Source: Wallemia ichthyophaga EXF-994 (lineage: Eukaryota; Fungi; Basidiomycota). Taken from it: DNA of 32,000 nt. This document shows, piece after piece, positions 1-10,250 of this stretch. How positions within the stretch are numbered: position 1 is the first letter of the stretch; each line of letters begins with the position of its first letter. The stretch spans positions 150,001 to 182,000 of the forward strand of contig NW_008806290.1 in NCBI RefSeq assembly GCF_000400465.1. The letters are read 5' to 3'. The notes under the pieces were generated by a model that saw only the letters and a program-made list of their open reading frames with translations, ran no database searches and was not told the origin of the DNA. The position numbers and the translations under genes were made by a program.

Positions 1-230
1 AAACTCACTATTGGCGCGTCTTTAAGCTGTGCGGGTCTCACGAAAAGCCCAAATCCAGGTTTACATTGAAAATAGTACTTTCCAGCCACGCTACCATCGT
101 TCTTACCCGTTTGAGTGTCTAACTCGACGCCAACCCAAACTCCAGGCGCAAATTCTGTATTACCAGAGAATCTAATTATTCCGATTCCCGCAGACGTACT
201 TACGCGAGCACCTGGCTCTTGTAGCATCAT
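1..230 (-). CDS. N-terminal exon of a CAP-Gly domain protein (dynactin p150Glued-like or CLIP-170/Bik1-like); partial, runs off the window start
   Basis: Not in the ORF track. Minus-strand ATG at 230 in context ACCACCATG. Exon 230-9 (74 codons) reads [74 protein letters not shown], with the CAP-Gly GKNDG motif. GTGAGT donor at 8. CAP-Gly alone cannot separate p150 from CLIP-170. Confidence 0.9.
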   Translation of the reverse strand, partial: MMLQEPGARVSTSAGIGIIRFSGNTEFAPGVWVGVELDTQTGKNDGSVAGKYYFQCKPGFGLFVRPAQLKDAPIVS

Positions 231-254
231 GGTGGTTTTGATTTGAGTTATACA

Positions 255-2307
255 TCATTTTACAAACGAATACGTTTGAGTCATTTTAATATTCTCTTCA
301 CATATATAAATATCCTCTTGTTGGACATTCCATTTTATCGTTCTTGCGTAATCGTGATATATCGTCGCGTCTTCACCATCATCATTCTCTGGCTTGGACA
401 TATCCCCAACCCATTCTCCTTGTTCATTTATAAATGGCCGTTTACATTTTCTTTGTACAGACGTTGATTCCTTCTTTGTTGCTGGTTCTGTCCACCTTCC
501 TTCTTCTTCTTCCTCTTTGTTTGGTTGATTTTGGCTTCGCCGTCTTTTCAAGTTTTTCTTGGACAACGACTCATTGAATGCTTTGTACTTGAGTAATGTT
601 TCTGCTCGTAGTCTAAAAGCTTGTAAGCGTGCATTTAGTTGAAATTATCTACTTACTTTAACCAAGCAGCTAACTCGAATGGTTTATCCTCTATATCATC
701 ATGTGGAAACCTTTCGCTATATGTTTTTGCTATCTTGACTGCTTTTTCATCTGTCACTCCATTTTCATTCATCGGACTGTCCATTCGAAAAGCAAGACCG
801 CCCAAAAATTCACCCAATACAACTAGATTCCTTATCACCCTCTCAGGTAGCTTTTTCCCTTCTTTTAAGACCTTCGTGTAATGATTTGCAACGTACCTGT
901 TGACTATAAGTTAATTAACCCAATCAATGGTGTCTTCACGCACCAACAAAGCGTCTGATACCCAGGAAATCTGAACTTCAAAGGTACTTTTGTATCAATT
1001 TCTATTTGGACAATCTTTTGTTGTCCTTCTATACCGTAGCTGTGAACAAAATTACCTCCAATGACCAAAGAATCTTCAGGTGTATATACAGCATGCATCC
1101 AACCAGTTGGAATTATTAGCGTATTTCCTTGCTTCAGAGTTACTGTATATGTAGCATCTGCCAAATCTCCAAACCATTGCGAGCCTTGATCTGCAGACTC
1201 TGACCACATTTTGTACTGTTGAAGGTTATAACTATTTGGGCGAGCAAGATAGAAAGTTTTTTGACCTCTAAGGACGTGATAAAATACTGAAGATCCCGCA
1301 AAATCTATATGCCAATCGGTGAATGAGCCTGTCAAACTCATCAAGACATATAAAAGCACACGAGGAGCATCTTTGGCCTTATCTTTTGGCCAAAAGTTAC
1401 CGACCCAATCCAAGTCTCTTACGAACTTAGGAGGTATAATATGGCTAGCAAAATCAGTATCGGAAACCTCTAAACTGATAACATTTAGTGTTTTCTCAAC
1501 TTCAGGTGCTTCTCTGCGCTTGTAATAGTGAGCAGCCCATTGACCAAGAGTCCAAGGGAATTTAGAGAGATGTTGAGTGCTATTGAGTTGTTATTAAGAT
1601 GAGTATAAACAAGGAGACAGACGTACGCGCAATCGATTACTTCAACAGGCTTGTCCTTACCGACAATATCAGCGATTTGATCGATAGTAATATGCGAAGG
1701 GGGCATTTTCATCTGTGACGAGATCAGCGTGAGTTAACAACACCCAAAAAGACCATCAACACACATCTAGTCCGGTTGGATTAGGAACGATGATAGGTTC
1801 TGACATACTTGAAGGATCGTTATCTAGCCAATCAAGAGTGAGTTCATCACCTTTTAAATGCTTGAATTGATAATCTTGAATTTGTAGAGAAGGAAGACGT
1901 TCGACGTGCAAGTAAGAAGATGCAATTCCATCGTTTATGGCAGCGTAGTCGTGCTTAACTTTAGATCTCTTAGATTTTCTAGGCTCGGGTTTATTTTTAA
2001 TGATTAGATTAGGATCGCTGGGATCTGTGTTAGTGTTTCGATAAGCAATCTCAAATGAATCGACTAACGCTGAAATGCAAGTAGAGCAGTACCAGATTTC
2101 AATATCCTCAGCATCCTCAACATGAACGCAAGCGCAATGAAACCAATTCTAAGGAATATTAAACGTGATTTCAAGTACACAAACCGAGTTACTCACATCG
2201 CAGGCGTCACAGCCGATCCATACATCATCGACGTCTGGTATTTCTTGATCGCTATCTGCAGGCGGGCATTGAGGACAACGAGGATGGCTATCTGACTCGT
2301 CCTCCAT
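255..2307 (-). CDS. JHD1: PHD-finger + JmjC histone demethylase (JHD1/KDM2 family), about 6 introns
   Basis: ATG at 2307. Spliced PHD finger (CPQC...WIGCDACD|NWFHCACV...WYCSTC; intron 2149-2196). JmjC core FTDWHIDFAGSSVFYHVLRGQKTFY and IPTGWMHAVYTPEDSLVIGGNFVH in ORF 904-1413. Joins ORFs 1485-1712, 653-838 and 255-566 through GT-AG introns. Confidence 0.93.
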
Positions 2308-2371
2308 TTTAAGTTTGGTGGTGGTGGTACAAGTCCAAGGGCTAGAGCACTAGAGCAGTATAACAGCCACC

Positions 2372-3491
2372 ATGTCCCAATATAACGTATTTGGTGGTGA
2401 TGACAGTGAAGATGACGACAAAGTCAGCGATCAAGCCGTAACTGGTTTTGACGGCGGTGTTCTGAAGAGGTATGTCATTGCTTGGGCCCGGGACGCATTT
2501 TTAACATTAGAGCGACAGCAACGACAACAAAGAGAAGCAGCAGCCTTTGGTTATCCCCTCGCAAGCCAACATTGATTGGAGGGATAAGAAGAAGGCACAG
2601 AGATACAGGCCTAACCAAGAACAGCCAGTCGTTGTCAATGAGAGCACAGCAACTCGTGAAAAGCTCAACGATGGCCCTGAGCGCGTTGGATTACAGACTG
2701 CTACAAGTACACTCAAGACGGAGGATCCTCTTGCTGAAACATCTGTTGATCCAGCCCAAGAGCCAAATGAAAGCGTAGAAGAACAGGCACTCAAATATTT
2801 ATTATCAGATGAAAAGCCTGAAAGCAAGCAAGATGAAATAGAAGCAATTCCAATGACGACAGCTCCTGGTATATCAGACGCAGACGCCTTCAAAGAAGAT
2901 GTTGCAGCTAGAGCTGAGGAGAGTACTATGGAAGAGTACAGCAGAGTGCCTGTCGAACAATTTGGCGCTGCTTTGTTGCGCGGCATGGGCTGGAAAGAGG
3001 GTACGGCTGCTTCGAGAACGAGATCGGGTCCGACTGAGCCTTACCTCCCTGATAGCAGACCTTCTCTGCTTGGTATTGGCGCGAGTACACGTCCTAACAA
3101 TGATAAGGATAAGAAAGAAAGCAGTAAGGACTCCAGAATGAAAAGGCAGGCTATGAACACATACAGACCCTTAACGAAGCATTCAAAGAGATCAACCTCA
3201 CCGATTGGACCTCCTTCTAACAACAGGAGCAGAGACTATGATAGCCATAATAGGATTCGTGATAGACACGACGATGGCAGAGATAGTCGACGTTATGATG
3301 ATCGCAGAGAAAGTAGACGGGATGATAAGCGGTATGACGATAGACGCTACGATGATAGACGCTATGAAGATCGGAGGTATGCAGAGCGGAATTATGACAG
3401 GAAAAGAGATAGCTATCGTGACGACCGACGCTATGATCGTAGACGTTATGAAAGCGACTCAATTGACCGAAGCTACCGTAACAAAGATTGA
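2372..3491 (+). CDS. SPP2: Spp2/MOS2-type G-patch splicing factor (Prp2 cofactor family) with an Arg/Asp-rich tail
   Basis: ATG at 2372 (GCCACCATG). Intron 2470-2518 restores the frame into ORF 2547-3491. G-patch motif RVPVEQFGAALLRGMGWKEG and RPSLLGIGA. Confidence 0.85.
3294..3453 (+). repeat. Degenerate 15-nt coding repeat encoding YDDRR/YEDRR units
   Basis: Repeated TAYGAYGAYAGA/CGC-type units; translation YDDRRESRRDDKRYDDRRYDDRRYEDRRYAERNYDRK...YDRRRYE. Confidence 0.85.
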
Positions 3492-3583
3492 ATAGATTGT
3501 AACGTTAATGTATTACAATAAACCTGATGATGCATAATTAAGTAAATAACAAATCGAGCTGTGGACATTAAAGACATTTCATT

Positions 3584-5061
3584 TCACATTATAATGCATT
3601 CTTTTTGCGAAGAATGTTTAGAGAGCTTACCCGAGCTATCAGACTGAGGAAGATGATCAATCTTGATGCCATTTTGTTTCAACCTCGTGATAGCTCTTTC
3701 ATCGCCATTTTCAGCAGCTGATTTGTACCAGTTGGTTGAAGCTTTCTGATCTGAGGTAGTACCAATACCAACCTCACTAAAGTATCCAACAGCATACATA
3801 GCTTTAGCAAGACCTTGCTCGGCTGCTTTGACTGCCCATAGATAAGCTTCAGTGTCAGATTGTGGTAATATCCCCGGACTGCCGACTAGATACCAAGCAG
3901 TCAAAGCAAAGCAACTTTCACGATGATCTTGTTGAGCTGCGATGTTATAATAGTGTATTGACAGTGCTGCATCTTGAGGGCAATTGAGCTTTGCATATTC
4001 ATAGCATTCTCCTAATGTATGTGCGCTTGGCGCATACCCCAGCTCTGCTGCTTGCGCAAGCAGTTCTACGCTGTAATCTAAATCGATGAAAAGGACGTTA
4101 TCAACTCCTTTTTCGTAAAGCTTTGCCATTTCATGGAGTGCATGCGGGAACTCTTCTGTAGCCAATTCGCAACTTCTGGTAAGATGCTTGACACCAACTT
4201 TGGGTCTCTTGGGTAAGCCCAATTCACCTTTGAGCTCGCCAATACCCAGTCTGTATAGAGCACCTGGATGGAGTGAAGTTGCAGCCTTCTTATAAAATGA
4301 AGTGGCTTTGCTATTATCCTTTCTACATCCCCACCCATTCTCCAAGCAGACACCAGCTCTGTAGCAAGCGTCAGGATGACCATGTTTAGAAGCTTGAACG
4401 AATAAAGGAAACGCTTTATCGAAGTCTTGTCTACCACGTAAAGTGCCAATTCCAGAGGAGAAACAATCAGCTAATAAATACTGAGACTCCGTATGACCCC
4501 TAGAGCTTAGCCTGCTTAAAATACCAGTTGCCTCCTTTATAAGCTCTTCCCGATCCTTGTCGTTGTTGGGGTCAGCATGGTTTGTTGGCGTTGGATCCAA
4601 TTCTTTAGCGGCTTCCAATTGGAACATAGCCAGCTCAAAGGGAACCGATGGATCGTTAGACTTGCGCGCGTTTTGTCGGTATAATTCGAGTGTTTTGTTA
4701 TGTGATAATAGAGAGGCATGGGCACCGCTGTCAGGTGAGGGTTAATGGGGTGCAATAGTGAATAAAGCAACACTCACGGCTTTAAATGACCCTGATTCAT
4801 TAATTTGGCTGGTGCGTTTGTCTCCGAAAGCGGACTGCCAGTTAGCCAAGATTGATCCCAAGCGGCAGATTGCGGCCTTGAAGGGATATTACCCAGAGAA
4901 TCATTTTGAATATTCCCAGGGCTAGCAGACTGTGCTCTCTGTTTACCTTTATCCTTTGGTGTAGTGTCTGTAGGCTGAGGAGTCGGTGGAGAATGGAAAG
5001 CGTCAGTGTAGAAAGATTCACCACTGAGTGCAGATGGCGCCCTTTGCTGTTCTATGCTCAT
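3584..5061 (-). CDS. Sel1-repeat chitin synthase regulator (Chs4/Skt5/Csr family) with a C-terminal CaaX box
   Basis: ATG at 5061 (MSIEQQ). One intron at about 4733-4778 joins HLKP to GAHASLLSHNKTLELYRQNARK, then ORF 3584-4627 with multiple Sel1 repeats. Ends KECIIM (CaaX prenylation signal). Paralog identity unresolved. Confidence 0.88.
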
Positions 5062-5398
5062 TGGCTTATCACCACGAATACGCTGGTCGTCGACGTTGAA
5101 ATTGATGATGAAAACGACCCAAAGTGGAAAGTGGATAGATTAAAATATGTAACACATGAATGAATATCATGAAATTCGCCGTTATATTTCTGAATTTTTT
5201 GCCGTGATTTTGTCACGATTTGTGTAAGTTGCGTACTTCGGGAGTAGTTGTATGTGGAGGTGACGTACGAGTATCTTCAATCGTAATGAATATCGTTTAA
5301 TCGGATGTAATCACGGATATTTGGCTGAGTATTACAAAACATATGATCACCGCTTATTACCGCTTACTTGGTTCTATCACAGCAACGACGAAAACGCA

Positions 5399-6532
5399 AT
5401 GAACAGATTCCACCTCCCAGAAAGCCCAGAGACAAAGCAGACATTCCCTGCAGATCTTCTTACAGGTTGAGTACTTGATATTCGCATTTTTCCCCCTCAC
5501 ACTTTCTCTAGGAAAGGTTGCTTTCGTTACCGGTGAGATTTCCCTGCGTGAGAAGCCTCCTCCCTAAACGAGTTTATAGGTGGCAGCTCGGGCATTTGTA
5601 TGAATCAGACACTCTCCTTAATGCAACACGGCGCCAACGCATTTATTATCGGCAGAAACCTCGATAAAGCCCAGAGAGCAGCTGGGGAGTTATCGAACCA
5701 GACCGGGAAAAAGTGTATTGGACATAGCTGCGATGTTCGTAACCCACATTCTGTTCAAGAAGCAGTAAACGCCGCAATTAACCACTTCGGTCGTATCGAT
5801 ATCGTTATTTGCGGTGAGCTTGGTTTAATTTTCATCTAAGACACTCTCACAAGGTCTCTCAAAGGCGCCGCTGGTAACTTCCTCGCACCAATCTCTGCCA
5901 TGTCCTCTAATGCTTTCAAGGCCGTGATTGATATTGACTTGGTGAGTGTGTCAGTGCTCGTGTCTCAGCTAACCATCAATAGTTTGGCACCTACAATACT
6001 ATGTAAGTGGTATATATATCAAACACAAACCACACTAACATTTTACAGTAAAGCTACAATTGATCATCTTAGGAAATCAAGAGGTGCTTACATACACATT
6101 ACAGCCACACTACACGAGAAGGGTACACCACTTCAAGTACATGTCTCAGCCGCTAAGGCTGGCATTGAAGCATTGAGCAACGTCCTTGCAGTCGAGGAAG
6201 GTATCAATGGTATCAGATCTAACTGCATAGCACCAGGTCCTGTAAGAGGAACAGAAGGAATGCAAAAGCTTTCATTCAAGGGTACAACAACTGAAGATAG
6301 CTCACCTTTAGGCAGATGGTGTACTTTTTCAGACATCAATAACCTCACCCTCTTTCTGGTTAGCGATGCCGCCAATATTCTCAATGGTCAAGTCTTCAGA
6401 GTTGACGGTGGTGAAAGACACGTACAGCCAACCAATGATTACCCCAATAACATTATCAACTTTCAGAAAATGATTGATGATGGCTTGATTGAGAACAGAG
6501 ATGCATCCAAACAGAGACAAGCTAAGCTTTAA
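5399..6532 (+). CDS. SPS19: Peroxisomal 2,4-dienoyl-CoA reductase (SDR family), 5 introns
   Basis: Spliced product MNRFHLPESPETKQTFPADLLTGKVAFVTGGSSGIC...[40 protein letters not shown]...HVSAAKAG...RSNCIAPGP. Introns 5466-5511, 5533-5579, 5814-5864, 5942-5982, 6003-6048. C-terminal AKL is a PTS1. Confidence 0.93.
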
Positions 6533-6722
6533 TAAGCTTTCATGTAATAATGAGTGTCATGCATGTAATAATACCAACGTAGTTGATTTAGTTGAGTTAT
6601 AATTAGTTGGTTGTTCTTGTATTGTTCTTGATAAATAATTACTAATAGCAGAAATAATAAATGAGTGTCCTCTAACGCCTTGATGAACGCTGAATATAAA
6701 TTAAAGAAGATTGCTTTACTTA

Positions 6723-8811
6723 TTACTTTGCATCAGAGAAGAAAGTAGACCTAGGTCTTGATGAACTGTGATTGTTATTCATGTAAGGACCTGTGCTCAT
6801 TCTACCTGAAGTTTGATTAAAACCGACTCCTAATCCAGCACCATCAGATGGGTAAGCATGTGGTGAAGGTGACATATAGCCTCCTGGATTCGATTGTTGA
6901 TATTGATATAGTGTTGCATTGTATGCTTGCTGAGCTTGATACATGCCTTGCATCATTAGTTGTTGCTGTTGTTGTTGCTGTTGCATAGCGTTCATTGCCA
7001 TCATTGACATTGCTGGGTCGTAGTACTGAGGTGACTGAGGTGGCATCATCATATTATTCATCATCATAGGTGTGTTCATCATCATTGACATGCGTGGATC
7101 CATCTGCATTGGCATTTGTGGTGGTCCTTGTTGTGGAGGCATATTGTAAGGTGTTGAAGAGGGTGATTGCTGATTTACTGCTTCATTATACTTCCTTTGA
7201 CTTGATTCTACACCTCTCTTTTCCCTATCTCTTTCAGTCAAAAGTGCACCAAGTCCACCAACTCTTTTCCTATCTTTCTCATGAGCAGCAATTTGACCGA
7301 GCAGTCCGAACTGTGGCTCGGGAACTTTAGCTGGTGGTAGTACCATACCGACACCATAATCTCTTGCATATTGCTCTTGAGCTTTAGCTGTTTTGGACTG
7401 TTTATTCATCATACCAGCTTGTAACAAACCGAATGGGGCAAATTTGTTATTAGGGTTCTTTTGCTCCATCTCTGGCTCAATGTTGATAAACTTTTCATAG
7501 TTATTTGAGTGATCCATGTTGTTTGGATGTTCCAAGTGGTTGGTCCACATTGATTGCCTTTGATTTTGAAGCTGCTGTTGTTGTTGATGCTTTATTTGCG
7601 GTGCCATCATCATCGATTGCTGTCTCTGTTGGTTAGCTAAAAGATGCATCTCAGCTGATTGTCTTCTACGCTCGCGTTCGCCGAGGGTAACTGTAGTGGC
7701 TGTCGATTGACGGTTGTGAATTGATGGTCGTCCGCTGGCTGGAGTTAATGATTGCCTTGCGAATGCTCTATCGAGATCGTCACTGCTCATATTAGCATCA
7801 TATAACCGAAATAAATAAATCAATGCTCACGCTTGTAATTGATCCTGTAATCTATGTTCTTCTTCAGTGGACGTGTGCTGATTAGGGGATGAATCGAATT
7901 CTTGGGAAGCTTTCTCATTGAGAAGGTCGTTCGGAATACCAAAGCTGTTAACTCTAGCAGCTTCCTCTTCTTCTTGCTTCTGCTTCTGATGAGCAAGCTG
8001 TTCAGCCTCTTTTGCGCGTTGAATGCGTGTCTTCAAAGGTACGATTGCACTTTGCTCATCGTCATCGTCGTCTTCCTCCTCCTCTGAAGTGATCTCAGCA
8101 TCATCGTCTGAAGAAGGTGCCCAAGCGTCATGTAAGTTTGACGTTCTTCCACCAAAGTTCTTCCTCTTCTTGGATGGTTTACGGGGTTTGCCCGGGTTCC
8201 TCAAAGCCTTCTCTCTACGTTCTCTGGCCAGCTTGGCTCTCTCCACGGCAGCCTTGGAGGAGGTAAAAGAGGAAGGGAAGAAAGCTTGCTGAGTTTTTGG
8301 TGGAGGGGCTGTAGTAGTGACAGGTACCGAAGGCACGGCCGAGGGTGAGTCAGGAGAACTTGGAGGGTCTTGCGCGTATTCGAGTGCAGCAAGCATATCG
8401 TCATGGTCGTTGTAATCAGTTTTAACAAGTTGTGGGCGTGTGCGTGCCGGTGGAAGCGGAGGTTCTACAGACTGGATGGACCTGATTGATTGGGAATTTG
8501 CAAGTTGCATTGCGATGAGATAGTCATCATTATCAATATCAGTAGTATTGAGTGATTCTCGAGGTTGATGCTGTGCGGGTATATCCTCGTAACCGTCGTG
8601 AATGCTATGATTTGAAGGTAAGTAGCTTGGTATTTTTTCTATAGGCGCTGCTGTTGCTGCTGTTGCTGTTGTTGCTGTTGCCTGTGCTGGCGGGGCTTGG
8701 TGACCCATCTGTACAGCTAGCGCTGCGAAATCATTCCAGCTAGACGAGTTCTCTACCTGGACTCCATATTAGCTATCGAATGTATTTACTCATCCCACTC
8801 ACGCCTGCCAT
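6723..8811 (-). CDS. Uncharacterized low-complexity protein (Pro/Ser-rich and acidic N-half, Gln/Met-rich C-half), 2 introns
   Basis: 9-nt first exon (ATG GCA GGC, 8811-8803) and intron 8757-8802 lead in frame into ORF 7827-8708. Intron 7783-7830 joins ORF 6723-7823. Non-repetitive core GLLQAGMM...PEPQFGLLGQIAAHEKDRKRVGGLGALLTERDREKR. Confidence 0.8.
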
Positions 8812-9070
8812 AGTGATTGTATATCTTAACGCGTACTTCCCTAAAGGGTAACCAAGGCTTTGCGAAACTTTTAGTGTGAAATGATTATAAAAATCTAGAG
8901 CTCAATTAGTATACAGCCTGTACTTGGCTGAAAGTGACAATCAGGGATCGAAAATTTTCACACTAGAATTACGTATTCTGACAGAAATGAAGGGACAATT
9001 AAGACGTGAATGGATGAATGGAACAGTAAGATTCGCAAAAATTTCAGCTACATATTGATATATTATTTTG

Positions 9071-9078
9071 TATATAAA
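9071..9078 (+). promoter_or_regulatory. TATA box upstream of the C2H2 transcription factor gene
   Basis: TATATAAA 71 bp upstream of ATG 9150. Confidence 0.55.
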
Positions 9079-9149
9079 CTCAAACTTGCCAAATGCGGTG
9101 TTGAGCTTTTATTCGATCCACCTCCTCGACTCACAACCGCCATCACCAA

Positions 9150-9809
9150 ATGTTTGATTTCAGCAACGCAGCAACGCTAACACCGCCAGAGCTCAGCCAC
9201 TCGCCTTCGCCGTCGGTTGAATCCAGCCCGCTTCTCTCTGTGCCAGCGTATATGCCAGCACCACCACCAAAGACGTCAGCCTCACCAACCCAGCTGGCTC
9301 TGATTGAAGCAGATTCTTGGTTTACTTCGTTAGAATATCTCAATGATTCGCCTGTTTCTGGTTACTCGTTTACCCCTTACGACCTCGCTCCTTCCCCGCC
9401 TCAATTCTACTCTTTCCCTCCTCCCCAGCTTGCTCCTCCACCTTACGAGCATAGTCAACCTCTTATTGACGTGTACACGGGCAGCGCTCCTATCGCTCAA
9501 AAGTCCCCGAGCACCTCTTCCACCAACTCAGATTCTTCCTCGCTTAACTCGTCGGGTCCAGGTCCAATTCGTCGCTTTTCTTGCCCTAAGTGCCATAGAG
9601 CTTTCGCTAGACACTTCAATCTCAAGCAGCACTTGGAAACTCACAACCCAATGCGCATAAAGCCCTTTTTATGCCATCACCCTGAGTGTGGAAAGAGATT
9701 TTCTAGGAAACATGATCTCGTTAGACATCAAGTGTCCATCCATCACAAGAGTGCTAATAGTGACTGCTCCGGTCGTTGTACCGCCAAGCACTCTCACACT
9801 GATTGTTAG
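9150..9809 (+). CDS. Two-finger C2H2 zinc-finger transcription factor, intronless
   Basis: FSCPKCHRAFARHFNLKQHLETH and FLCHHPECGKRFSRKHDLVRHQVSIH, preceded by a Pro/Ser-rich region. Confidence 0.9.
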   Translation: MFDFSNAATLTPPELSHSPSPSVESSPLLSVPAYMPAPPPKTSASPTQLALIEADSWFTSLEYLNDSPVSGYSFTPYDLAPSPPQFYSFPPPQLAPPPYEHSQPLIDVYTGSAPIAQKSPSTSSTNSDSSSLNSSGPGPIRRFSCPKCHRAFARHFNLKQHLETHNPMRIKPFLCHHPECGKRFSRKHDLVRHQVSIHHKSANSDCSGRCTAKHSHTDC

Positions 9810-10250
9810 TTATCACTCTTTTGAGTCACAGCCCAGCTAATTTTAACCAGGAATCTCGGTACATTATTGAATAATTACCGACGCTTTAACTTTATCTCTA
9901 CGCGCCGCAGTGTTCAAAGCACTGACGTAGAGTGACCCCCTTTTCGTTGAAAGGTTTCCCTTGGGATTGCTTTTTATTGCTTCTCCTCGAGTTATTGAAA
10001 TCTACTTCAATAAAGGATCACTCATCCACTTTCACTCCCTTTTCTTTTCTTTTCTACATCCCTCCATCCCACCCGAGTCTTATTGACTGGCTATCATTAA
10101 GTACTCCATGCTGTGGGTCATTGGGTTATCAACCTTGCCAATTTTCATTCTTTATATACAATTTTTTATTTACGACTTTACTTGTATTGATATCATGAAT
10201 CAGTCTGTCTAGCTATATTAGTCTTATGTGAAATGTTCTATGTATGGAAA

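Noticed and set aside
2482-3495. Additional ORFs overlapping SPP2 (2482-2778, 2507-2986, 2899-3141, 3205-3495, 3217-3462)
   Set aside because: Alternative frames of SPP2 and its RD repeat; no independent coding signal.
10003-10027. TACTTCAATAAAGGATCACTCAT resembles U3 snoRNA boxes A'/A
   Set aside because: Box A does not match GGATCATTTCT and I found no boxes B, C or D downstream.
9932-10215. ORF 9932-10198 and a 34-aa hydrophobic ORF from the ATG near 10108 (MLWVIGLSTLPIF...)
   Set aside because: Hydrophobicity is explained by the T-rich tract; non-ATG start for the longer ORF; no CaaX or other motif.
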